Positions 1 to 12,407 of a stretch of 64,000 nt of DNA are shown here, in pieces. This DNA comes from the human T2T-CHM13v2.0 reference genome, Homo sapiens, in the NCBI RefSeq assembly GCF_009914755.1, contig NC_060928.1; one strand, given 5' to 3'. Every line of letters begins with the position of its first letter. Position 1 is the first letter of the stretch. The translations under genes and the position numbers were made by a program. The notes under the pieces are model-generated. The model did no database searches. It had not been told where the DNA came from and saw only the letters and a list, made by a program, of their open reading frames with translations.

Positions 1-2240
1 TACACATGCATACACATACGCTCATACAGAATATTTATTTATTTATTTACACAATATTTATTTACACAAAATAACTCGTAGAATACTTTTATCACCTGAC
101 AACCTCAACTTACATAATGTATGATTTTTGAATCCTTAAAGTGATATTGTAAAGAACTCATACAAAATTTATATTCAAATAGTCTGGATTTTTTATTTTA
201 TATATATTTATCATCAATCTTTAAAAACATTTGTATGTTTATTACAGATAACCTGGCAGCCTTGACACTAAACACCTTCTGCTGATTGTAAGTTAAATAT
301 CTATTCATCTATTTATCTCAACTCTGTACTAGGATGGGTAGAGTCTTCTGTTGACTCCCTCCGAAATATACAACTATTTGACTTATACTAGGAAATTTCT
401 GTCTTTATTTACCTCAATGCAGTATTTAATTTTCCTTATAACCTTTATTAAACAAATAATTCATTATTTTATTAGAGATTTGTCACATAGTTGCAAATTA
501 ATTTAGGTCTTTCTAAAATGTCACTTCTGGTCCTGTTTATTTCCTCTCTGTTTTTATTACTATATAACTATTCCCTGAAACTATTTTTCTGTATTATTTG
601 TGCTCTGAAAATCATGAAATCTTGTTTTTTTTTAAGTCATCTGCATAAAATATTTATTTTCACATTTGGCCATACCTATGGTTTTGGTTTTGGTGCAATA
701 ACTTGCAAAGTTTTCAGTAGATATTTGAGAAGATTCTTCTTACTCCTGGGATGCCCTTGGAATATAAATTCAGTGCTATATTTTAAGCTCATGAATTTTA
801 AAAATTATTTTACAGAAGAGAGATTCATATGACATACAATTAACTTATAAAATTCAATGCCATTTATCCATTCACAGTGTTCTGCAACCACTGTCTTTCT
901 CTAGTTTCAAAACTTGTTTTTATTATCCCAGAAGGATACTCTGTCTCTATTAAGTAATCACTCTCCATTTATTCCACTCCTATCCACTGGCAACCACTGA
1001 ACCATTTCTGTCTCTATGGATTTGTCTATCTGGATATTTCATATAAAGGAATCATATAATTTATGACCATTTTTGTCTGGCTTCTTTCACTAAGCATAGA
1101 ATTTCTAAGGTTCATCCAGGTTGTAGCATATATCAGCACTTAATTCTCATTATGGATAAATAATATCATATTGTAAGTATATACTATATTTTGTACATTC
1201 GTTTGTTAATGAAAATTTGGATTGTTTCCACCTTTTGACCATTGAGAATAATGCTGCTGTAAACATCCATGTACATGTTTCTGTGTGAACATATATTTTT
1301 ATTAATCTTGGATCTATATTTAGAGGTAGAATTGCAGGGTCTTACGGTAATTCTCTGTCTAACTTTGTAAGGAGCCATCAAATTTGTTCACAGTGGATGC
1401 AACATTTTAAATTATCACCAGCAATATACAAGGATTCCTATTTTTCTACAACCTTGACAATGATTACTATATATTTTTCAAATACTTATATAGCCAACCT
1501 AGTGGTTATGAAATGTATCACACTGTGGTTTTTGTTTGTAATTCCTTAATGACCAGTAGTATTGTACATAATTTCATGTGCTTATATGTCAGTTGTATAC
1601 TTCCTTTTGTGAAAAGTCTGTTCAAGTCTTTGCCCAGTTTTTAGATTTAATTATTTATATTTTTGTTTATGAGTTAGAGCTCCTTATATCTTCTAGATAT
1701 TAAACCCTAATCAGATATAAGATTTGCAAATAGATTTTAATATTTTGTAAGGTGTCTTTTTACATACTCAATAATGTTCTTTGATACACAAAAGTTTTTT
1801 CATGATTAAAAGAAACAATTTATTTATTTATTTCTGCTTGTGCTTTTGGTGTTAGATCTAAGAATTCATTCATTGTTAAATACAAGGTCATGAAGATTTA
1901 TCCTTATTTTTTTCCTAATAGTTTTATATTTTATGTGCTATGTTGAGATGTCATATATTTCTGATCTATTTGTGTTAATTGTTGTGTCTTAAGTGAGGTA
2001 GGGGGTCCAACTTCATTCTTTTGAATTTGGCAGTTATCCGGCTATAACAGCATCATTTGATAAAGAGATTATTCTTTCCCCATTGAATAATTCTAACAAC
2101 CCTGTTGAAAATCAGTTGGCAGGTAGCGTGATTCCTCCAGCTTTGTTCTTCTTGTTTAGGATTTACTTGGCTATTCAGGCTCTTTTTTGGTTCTACATGA
2201 ATTTAACCTGTATTCCCAGCTATCCATGCTCATGGATAAG

Positions 2241-2654
2241 AATGTCCAACAATGATTGACTGGATTAAGAAAATGTGGCACATATACACCATGGAATACT
2301 ATGCAGCCATAAAAAATGATGAGTTCATGTCCTTTGTAGGGACATGGATGAAATTGGAAATCATCATTCTCAGTAAACTATCGCAAGAACAAAAAACCAA
2401 ACACCGCATATTCTCACTCATAGGTGGGAATTGAACAATGAGATCACATGGACACAGGAAGGGGAACATCACACTCTGGGGACTGTTGTGGGGTGGGGGG
2501 AGGGGGGAGGGATAGCATTGGGAGATATACCTAATGCTAGATGACGAGTTAGTGGGTGCAGCGCACCAGCATGGCACATGTATACGTATGTAACTAACCT
2601 GCACATTGTGCACATGTACCCTAAAATTTAAAGTATAATAATAATAAAAAAAAA
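2241..2654 (+). mobile_element. Young L1 3' fragment (L1PA2-like)
   Basis: Near-consensus ORF2 end, G-rich tract, gatgacGAGttagtgggtgcagcgcaccagc (GAG, not the L1HS ACA/ACG) and poly-A tail. Confidence 0.9.
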
Positions 2655-2679
2655 GAAGAATCAGTATTGGTAAAATAGC

Positions 2680-3048
2680 TGTATTTGTCTATTTTCACAC
2701 TGCTGATAAAGATATACCTGAGACTGGCCAATCTACAAAATAAAGAGGTTTAATGGACTTACAGTTCCACTTGGTTGTAGAGGCCTCACAATCATGGTGG
2801 AAGGCATGGAGGAGCAAGTCACATCTTACATGGATAGCAGTAGGCAAAGAGAGAGCTTATGCAGGGAAACACCCCCATATAAAACTGTCAGATCTCATGA
2901 GACTTATTCACTATCATGAGAACAGAATGAGAAACATCCACCCCCATAATTCAATCACCTCACACTGGTTTCCTCTCATGACATGTGGGAATTGCGGGAG
3001 TTACAATTCAAGATGAAATTTGAAAGGGGACACAGCCAAACCATATCA
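2680..3048 (-). mobile_element. THE1 (ERVL-MaLR) solo LTR, THE1B/C-like
   Basis: Reverse complement starts tgatatggtttggctgtgtcccc and ends ...aataca; ~370 bp. Confidence 0.9.
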
Positions 3049-4703
3049 ACGACCATACTACCCAAAGCAATCTTGGGCAATTTTGAATGGGAATATGTTC
3101 CTTATTTGGCTCTCGGCTTGACTGTTGTTGGGGTATAGAAATGTTAGTAATTTTTGCACATTAATTTTGTATCCTGAGAATTTGCTGAAGTTGTTTCTTA
3201 GCTTAAGGAGCTTTTGAGCTGAGACTATGAGGTTTTTCAGAAATAGGATGATGTCAACTGCAAACAGGCTTCGTACCTACACTACTTGATCTTCGACAAA
3301 CCTGACAAAAATAAGCAATGGGAAAAGGATTCCCCATTAAATAAATTGTGCTAGGGTAATGGCTAGCCATATGCAGAAGATTGAAACTGTATCCCTTTCT
3401 TATACCATACACAAAAATTAACTCAAGATGGATCAAAGACTTAAATGGAAAACCCAAAACTATAAAAAGCCTGGAAGAGAATCTAGGTAATACCATTCTG
3501 GACATAAGAACAGGCAAAGAGTTCATGATGAAGATGATAAAAGCAATTGCAACAAAAGTAAAAATTGACAAATGGGATCTAATTGAACTAAAGAGCATCT
3601 TCACAGTAAAGAAAACTATCAACGGAGTGAAAAGAAAATTTGCAGAATGGGAGACAATTTTTGCAAACTATGCATCTGAAAAAGGTCTAACATCCGGCAT
3701 CTATAAGGAACTTAAACAAATTTACAAGGAAAAAAAACAATGAAAGTAGACAAAAAAACATGAACAGACACTTTTTGAAGGAAGGTGTACATGTAGCCAA
3801 CAATCATATGAAAAAAACTTAACATCATTGATGATTAGAGAAATGAAAATCAAAATCACAATGAGATACCATCTGATACCAGTCAAAATGGCTATTATTA
3901 AAAAGACAAAAAAAAACAGATGCTGGCAGGATATGGAGAAAAAGGAAAGCTTATGCACTGTTGGTGTGAGTGTAAATTAGTTCAACCATTGTAGAATACA
4001 GTGTGGTGATTCCTTAAAGTCCTAAAAATAGAAATACCATTTGTCCCGTAAGCTCATTACTGGGTATATACCCAAAGGAATATAAATTATTCTATTGTAA
4101 AGATGCATGCCTGTGCATGTTCATTGCAGCACTAGTAACAATAGCAAAGCCATGGAATCAACTTAAATGCCCACAAATGGTAGACTAAGAAAATGTGGTA
4201 AATATACACCATGGAATACTACGCAGCTATAAAAAAGAATGAGATCACGTCCTTTGCAGGAACATGGGTGGATCTGGAGGTCATTATACTTAGCAAATTA
4301 ATGCAGGAATAGAAAACCAAACACTGCATATTCTCACTTATAAGTGGTAGCTAAATGATGAGGACACATGGACACATAGGGAGGAACAACACACACTGGG
4401 GCCTTTCCAAGGGTAGAGGGTGGGAGGAGGGAGAGGAACAGGAAAAAATAACGAATAGGTACTAGGCTTAATGCCTGGGTAATGAAATAATCTGCACAAC
4501 AAACTCCCATGACACAAGTGTACCTGTATAACACACCTGCACTATTCCCCTGAACATAAATAAAAGTTACATTAAAAACTAAGAAAATCAATTGTCCGTA
4601 CATGTTTGGGTTTGTTTCTGGGCTCTCAATTCTATTCCATTGATCTATGTGTCTGTTCGTATGCCAGCACCAGGCTGCTTTGATTACTGTAGCTTTGTAG
4701 TAG

Positions 4704-5065
<362 letters not shown>

Positions 5066-6244
5066 TGAGTATACCAGTTTTGTCTTAAATTTTCAATGTT
5101 GTTTAGGTTTTTTCAGGCTTCTTTTGATTCCATATAAATTTGAGAACTAGTTTTTTAATTTCTGAAAAAAAAAGCCATTGAATTTTCTACACGTATTAAA
5201 CTGAATCTGTAGATCTCTTTTGAGATTATTGCTGTTTTAACAGTATTAAATCTTCCAATCTCTTAACGTAGAATGTCTTTCTATTTAATTAGATCTTTTA
5301 TATTTTCTTTCAGCAATGATTTGTAGTTTTCAGTGGACAAGTCTTTCACCTTTTTGGTTAAATTTAGTTTTAGGAATTTTATTCTTTGGGATATTATTAT
5401 AAATGATATTATTTTCTTAAATTTCTTTTGAATTTTTCACTTCTGATGTAAAGAATCAAACTGATTTTTGTGCATTGATCTTGCATTCTACAATATCGTT
5501 AAAATTGTTTTTAAGCTCTAGTAATTTTTACTTTGGTTTATTTTGGCATATATATAATACAGGAATACAGTTTCAAGGAATAATTATATAGTAATGAAAA
5601 ACATAAAGGAAATTAATGGGAGAGAAGTGACCTTTCAGAAATGTCACTTCTCTAAATTAATTTGTGACTATGTGACAAATTCCTGATAAAATGTGAGTTT
5701 TGTGTTTTTTGGCATTTGTTATTCCTTTTGAAATATTACATTAATGTGGTATAGTATATTGATTGCCTTTCTTATGTTGATCCACCCTTGTTTATCTAAG
5801 TTCCACTGGTCTTGGTGTATAATCTTTTAATGTGTGGTTGGATTTACATTGCTTGTGTTTTGTTAAGGAATTTTGCATCTATATTCATAATGGATATTAG
5901 TATATAGTTTTCTTCAGGTATCTTTGTCTGTTTTTGGTATGATGGTAACTCTAGTCACACAGAATGAGTTAGGAAGTGTTCTTTAAACTTCGATTTTTTG
6001 GAGGAGTTTGGAGATGATTGGTGTTAATTCTTCTAAAAATATTTGGTAGAATTAAACAAATATTAGCCCTCTGGTTCTAGACTTGTTGTTGTTGGAAGGT
6101 TTTTGCTTACTTATGGAAATTCTCCACTTATAATAGGTCTGTTGAGTTTTTCTATGCTTTTTAGTCAGGATTGTTAATTTGTGTTTTTCTAGGAATGTGT
6201 CCATTACTAGGAATGTATTTTTCTAGGAATGTGTCCAAGATTAT

Positions 6245-6634
6245 TGTGATGGTTGTTACTGAGTGTCAACTTGACTGGATTGAAGGATGCAAAGTATTGA
6301 TCCTGGGTGCGTCTGTGAGGGTGTTGCCAAAGGAGATTAACCTTTGAGTCAGTGGGCTGGGAAAGGCAGACCTACCATTAATCTAGGTAGGCAAGATCTA
6401 ATCAACTGCCAGCATGGCTGGATTAAAAAGCAGGCAGAAAAACGTGAAAAGGCTAGCCTGGCTTAGCCTCCCAGCCTATATATTTCGCCCAGGCTGAACA
6501 CTGTCTGCCCTCAAATTTCGCACCCCAAGTTCTTCAGCTTTGGGTCTCAGACTGGCTTCATTGCTCCTCAGCTTGCAGACAGCCTATTGTGTGACCTTCT
6601 GACTTGTGATCATGTGAGTTAATACTATTAATAA

Positions 6635-6675
<41 letters not shown>

Positions 6676-6737
6676 TATGTGTATATATATATCATCTCCT
6701 ATTAGTTCTGTCCCTCTAGAGAACCCTGACTAATACA
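6245..6737 (+). mobile_element. 5' LTR (MLT2A1/A2)
   Basis: tgtgatggtt...ctgactaataca with an internal (TA)n at ~6642-6691. Confidence 0.93.
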
Positions 6738-6741
6738 GACT

Positions 6742-6757
6742 TTTGTGCCAGGAGTGT
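6742..6757 (+). other. Degenerate tRNA-Leu primer-binding site
   Basis: ttgtgccaggagtg just after the 5' LTR resembles TGGTACCAGGAGTGGG. Confidence 0.65.
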
Positions 6758-9700
6758 TTACAGAGAAATAGAATATTAAGGATGCAGTTCTTTCATTGGT
6801 TTTCGGATTTCTGGAGTTGACTGTTTAATATAATTAGACCTCAAAATGCTGAGGACTATACTTCTAATAGTATGGAGAACACTGATGATCCTTGGCATGA
6901 ACTGTTTAGAGAGTTACTCCAAATGAATGCATTTGACACTCCTGATTCATGGCTAGAGAGAGGCAAGGACTTTAGGGATTCTACACATAATACCTTTGAC
7001 TAAATGTGGAGAACCAAGAAACATAAAGAAGTTGGTTGGCTGCTCCTAAGTTCACTGGACAAAGTGATGAAAAACAAATGATGAACTCAGGGATTCTAAC
7101 TCCAGGCTTCACAAGCAGATACTGAGCCTCAAATCCGCTAAGATTGCCCTGAGTGAGAGTCTTATCTCCTGTAGACAAAGAGCTGAAATGGTGAAAAATC
7201 AGACACAAGCTCTTATCATGCAAGTGGCTGACCTGCAACGAAAGGTGCATGTGCAGCCTCACCAGGTGTCTACTGTTAAAGTGAGGACATTAATTAGAAA
7301 AGAATGGGACACTACAACTTGGAATGAAGATGTGTAGGAGGACCCTGAGGAAGCTGAGAACACTGAGCTTGTAAACTCTGATGAATGGGATAATGGTGGA
7401 AGAAACAGATTTGGATCAGGCTGAATTTGTCGGTTTGGGCGCACTAAGTAGAGATTCTGCATTTAATGTTGCAGCTCAGGGAGTTAAAAAAGGTTCTAAG
7501 AGTTTATTTGATTGTTTAGCTGAAATATAAGTTAAAAGATGGCCCACTGTGAGTGAGCTGGAAATGCCTGATCTCTCTTGGTTTAATGCAGAGGAAGGGA
7601 TCCAAAGGCTTAGGGAGATTGGGATGGTGGAGTGGATTACTCACTTTAGACCTACTCATCCCAGCTGGGAGGGCCTAGAAGACATACCCTTGACCAATGC
7701 TTTGCAAAATAGATTTGTGAGGGCAGCACCTCCATCTTTGAAGAGCCCTGTAATTGCTCTTCTCTGTATGTCAGATCTAACAGTGACAATTGCAGTCACT
7801 CAACTACAAAATTTAAATATAATGGGAATAATTGGATCCCAAGTTGGCAGGGGTAAAGTAGTGGCACTCAACCCTCAAAGGCAAGGTGGGTGGAGCTACT
7901 GTAATGGACAGCAGAGGCACAGCAGCTATCAGAATAGTCTGAATCGTGTAGAGCTCTGGCATTGGCTAATTAATCATGGTGACTCTATAAGTGAAATTTA
8001 TAGAAAGCCTACTGCATTCCTATTTAGTTTATATAAGCAGAAAACTTTCAAGTTGAATGGACAAAAGACTAATTTGGAATTATAAAAACAGAGAATCATG
8101 GTGCCTCAATCAGTTTCCAGACTTAAGCCAGTTTACAGAGCCAGAACCCCTTGAATGAAGGGGGGTCCCCTTGAGAAGGGACCCCACCACACTACCGACA
8201 ATTCATGCCATTAATCTTTCTCCCATTCTTCCCCAAGGAGACCTTTTATCAGGGGAGCTGTGCACTGGAGAAAGGCAAATAATCAGACATTTCAGGGACT
8301 ACTGGACACTGGCTCTGAGTTGACGTTGATTCCAGAGGATCCAAAACGTCACTGTGGTCCTCCAGATAAAGTAGGGGCTTATGGAGGTCAGGGAATTAAT
8401 GGAGTTTTAACTGATGTCTGACTACAGTTGGTCCAGTCAGGCCCTGGACTCATCCTGTGGTCATTTCTCTATTGCCAGAATGTGTAATTGGCACAGACAT
8501 ACTTTGCAGCTGGCAGAACCCGCACATTGGCTCCCTGACTGGTAGGGTGAACACCATTATGGTGGAAAAGACCAAATGTAAGCCATTAGAGCTGCCTCTA
8601 CCTAGAAAAATGTAAATCAAAAACAATATCGCATCCCTGGAGGAACTGCTGAGATTAGTGCCACCATCAAGGACTTGAAAAATGCAGGGGTGGTGACTTT
8701 CACCACATCCCCATTCAAGTCTCCTATTTGGCCTGTGCAGAAGACAGATGGATCTTGGAGAATGACAGTGGATTATCATAAGCTTAACTAAGTGATGACT
8801 CCAATTGCAGCTGCTGTACCAGATGTGGTTTCATTGCTTGAACAAATTAACACATCTCCTGGTACCTGGTATGCAGCCATTGACTCAGCAAATGCCTTTT
8901 TCTCCATTCTTGTCCATAAGGCCCACCAGAAGCAATTTGCCTTCAGCTGGCAAGGCCAGCAACACCCCTTTACTTTCCTACATCAGGGGTATATCAACTC
9001 TCTGGCTATGTGTCATAATCTTATTCAGACAGAAACTAATCACTTTGGCTTCCACAAGATATCACACTGGTCCATTATATTGATTACACTATGCTGATTG
9101 CAACCAGCAACCAAGAAGTAGCAAATACACTGAACTTGCTTGCATGCCAGAGGATGAAAAGTAAATCCAACTAAAATTCAGGGCACTTCTACCTCAGTAA
9201 AATTTCTAGGGGTCCAGTATTTTGAGATATTCCTTCTAAGGTGAAGGACAAGTTGCTGCATTTGGCCCCTCCTACAACCAAGAAAGAGGCACATTGCTCA
9301 GTGGACCTATTTAGATTTTGGAGACAACACATTCCTCATTTAGGTGTGTCACTCCATCCCATTTATTGAGTGACCTGAAAGGCTGCCAGTTTTGAGTGGC
9401 ATCCAGAACAGAAGAAGGGTCTGCAACAGGTCCAGGCTGCTGTGTAAGCTGCTCTGCCACTTGGGCCATATGACCTAGCAGATCCAATGATGCTTGAGGT
9501 GTCAGGGGCAGATACGGATGCTGTTTGGAGCCTCTGGCAGACCCCCATAGGTGAACCCCAATGGACATCTCTAAGATTTTGGAGAAAAGCCCCTGCCATC
9601 TTCTGCAGATAACTACTCTTTTTTTTTGAGAGACAGCTCTTGGCCCATTACTGGGCTTTGGTAGAACATGAACATTCGACTATGGGTCATCAATTCACCA

Positions 9701-11527
9701 TGCAACCTGAACTATAATGAACCGGGTGCTTTCTGACCCATCTAACCATAAACTGGGTCATGCACAGCAGCACTCGATCATCAAATGGAAGTGATATGTA
9801 TGTGATCAGGCTCAAGCTGGTCCTGAAGGCACAAGTAAATTACATGAGGAAGTGACTCAAATGCCTATGGTCTCCACTCCTGCTACCCTGCCTTCTCTCT
9901 GCACCGATGGCCTCATGGGGAGTTCCCTATGATCAGTTGACAAAGGAAGAGAAGACTTAGGCCTGGTTCACAGATGGTTCTGCATGATATGCAGGCACCA
10001 CTTAAAAGTGGACAGCTGCAGCACTGCAGCCCAAGTTCTAGGACATCCCTGAAGGACGGCAGTGAAGGGAGATCTTTCCAGCGGGCAGAACTTCGAACTG
10101 TGCATCTGGTTGTGCACTTTGCATGGAAGGAAAACTGGCCAGATGTGCAATTATATACTGATTCATAGGCTGTAGCTAATGGTTTGGCTGGATGGTCAAG
10201 GACTTGGAAGAAGCATGATTGGAAAATTGGTGACAAAGAAATTTGAGGAAGAAGTATGTGGATGGACCCCTCTGAGTGGTTAAAAACTGTGAAGATATTT
10301 TTATCCCAAGTGAGTGCTCACCAATGGGTGACCTCAGCAGAAGAGGACTTTAATAATGAAGTGGATATGATGATCTTGTCTATGGACACCACCCAGCCTC
10401 TTTCCTCAGCCACCCCTGTCATTGCCCAATGGGTCCATGGACAATGTGGCCATGGTGGCAGGGATGGAGCTTATGCATGGGCTCAGCAACATGGACTTCC
10501 ACTCACCAAGGCTGACCTGGCTACAGCCACTGCTGGGTACCCGATTTGCCAGCAGCAGAGACTAGCTCTGAGCCCTCGATGTGGCACCATTCCTCGGGGT
10601 GATCAGCCCACCTACCTGGTGGCAGTTTGATTTTAATGGACCTCTTCCATCATGGAAAGGGCAGATGTTTGTTCTCACTTGAATGGACACTTATGCCGGA
10701 TATGGGTTTGCCTATCCTGCACGCAATGCTTCTGCCAAGACTATCATCTATGGACTCATGGAATGCCTTATCCACCATTATGGTATTCCACACAGCATTG
10801 TCTCTCACCAAAGCACTCACTTTATGGCTAAATAAGTGAGACAGTGGGTTCATGCTCATGGAATTCATTGTTTATACCATGTTCCCCATCATCCTGAAGC
10901 AGCTGGATTGATAGAATGGTGGAATGACCTTTTGAAGTCACAATTACAAAGCCAACTAGGTGACAATACTTTGCAGGGCTGGGGCAAAGTTCTCCAGAAG
11001 GCCGTGTATGCTCTGAATCAGCATCTCATATATGATACTGTTTTGCCTATAGCCAGGATTCGTAGGTCCAGGATCAAGGGGTGGAAGTAGAAGTGGCACC
11101 ACTCACCATCACTCCTAGTGATCCATTAGCAAAATTTTTGCTTCCTGTTCCCGTGACATTATGTTCTGCTGGCCTAGAGATCTTAGTTCCAGAGGGAGGA
11201 ATGCTGGCACCAGAGGAAACATCAATGATTCCTTTGAACTAGAAGTTAAGATTGCCACCTGGACACTTTGGGTTCCTGCTATCTTTAAGTCAACAGAATA
11301 AGAAGGGAGGTACATTATTGGCTGGGGTCTATCAAGATGAAATCAGTCTACTGCTCCATAGTAGAGGTAAGGAAGAGCATGCATGTAATACAGCAGATCC
11401 ATTATGGTGTCTCTTAATATTACCATGCCCTGTGATTAAGGTCAATGGGAAATTATAACAACCCAATCCAGGACTACAAATGGCCCAGCCACTTCAGGAA
11501 TGAAGGTTTGGATTACTCTATCAGGGG

Positions 11528-11558
<31 letters not shown>

Positions 11559-11960
11559 CTGAGGTGCTTGCTGAAGGCAAAGGAAATACAGGATGGGTAG
11601 TAGAAGAAGGTAGTCATCAATACCAACTATGACCACTTGGCCAGTTGCAGACACAAGGACTTAATTGTCATGACCATTTCCTCTTTCGTTTGTTAAAAAT
11701 GTTTGTGCATGTATACACCTGTACAAAGAAAATGTCTTCATTTTGTTCTCATTTTCGTTTTTCATGCTGTACAAGATTTATTGACCTCATATTGTTAACT
11801 TGATGTATTGGCATTTGGGTTGGGGATTGGTGCATTTCCGGTTGTACGAAAGATAGTTGTATTACCTTAGGTGTAATTATGACCTTATTATTGTCTTTAT
11901 TTGAAGACTATGTATGATCTCAGGAGATGTGTATTGCATCAAGTTGACAAACGGTGGACT

Positions 11961-12407
11961 TGTGATGGTTAATACTGAGTGTCAACTTGATTGGATTGAA
12001 GGATGCAAAGTATTGATCCTGGGTGTGTCCGTTAGGGTGTTGCCAAAGGAGATTAACATTTGATTCAGTGGACTGGGAGAGTCAGATCCACCCTTAATAT
12101 GGGAAGAAACCATCTAATCAGCTGCCAGTGCAGCCAGAATATAAAGCAGGCAAAAAAACGTGGAAAGATTAGACTGGCTTAGCCTCCTAGCCTACATCTT
12201 TCTCCTGTGCTGGATGCTTCCTGTCCTCAAACATCAGACTCCAAGTTCTTCAGCTTTGGGACTCAGACTGGCTCTCCTTGCTCCTCAGCTTGCAGTTGGC
12301 CTATTGTGGGACCTTGTGTTCATGTGAGTTAATACTACTTAATAAAATCCCATATATATATATATATATGGAGAACTGATATATACACTCTAGAGAACCC
12401 TAATACG
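11961..12407 (+). mobile_element. 3' LTR (MLT2A1/A2)
   Basis: Direct repeat of 6245-6737, preceded by a degenerate polypurine tract. Confidence 0.93.

Larger units (their letters stand above)
2119..4582 (+). mobile_element. 5'-truncated, rearranged L1 (L1PA13-16-like)
   Basis: ORF2 C-terminal peptides (ORF 3381-3743) and 3'UTR ending ~4580. TSD gaaaatca(g/a)ttg at 2107-2118 and 4583-4594. Confidence 0.85.
6245..12407 (+). mobile_element. HERV-L provirus with two MLT2A LTRs; gag-pro-pol-dUTPase, no env; all frames disrupted
   Basis: LTRs at 6245-6737 and 11961-12407, 5-bp TSD attat (6240-6244, 12408-12412). Protease LLDTGS (~8299-8316), RT motifs with HYIDY (9073-9087), RNase H WFTDGS (~9964), integrase (ORFs 10256-10630, 10836-11090) and dUTPase-like ORF 11252-11458. 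Confidence 0.95.

Noticed and set aside
491-832. 113-aa hydrophobic ORF, and similar short ORFs such as 52593-53021
   Set aside because: Non-ATG starts or compositional artefacts of T-rich intron, with no recognisable domain.
7549-11458. HERV-L gag/pol/integrase/dUTPase ORFs (up to 178 aa) as a domesticated gene
   Set aside because: Many stops and frameshifts, mutated catalytic motifs, and no ORF spans a full domain.
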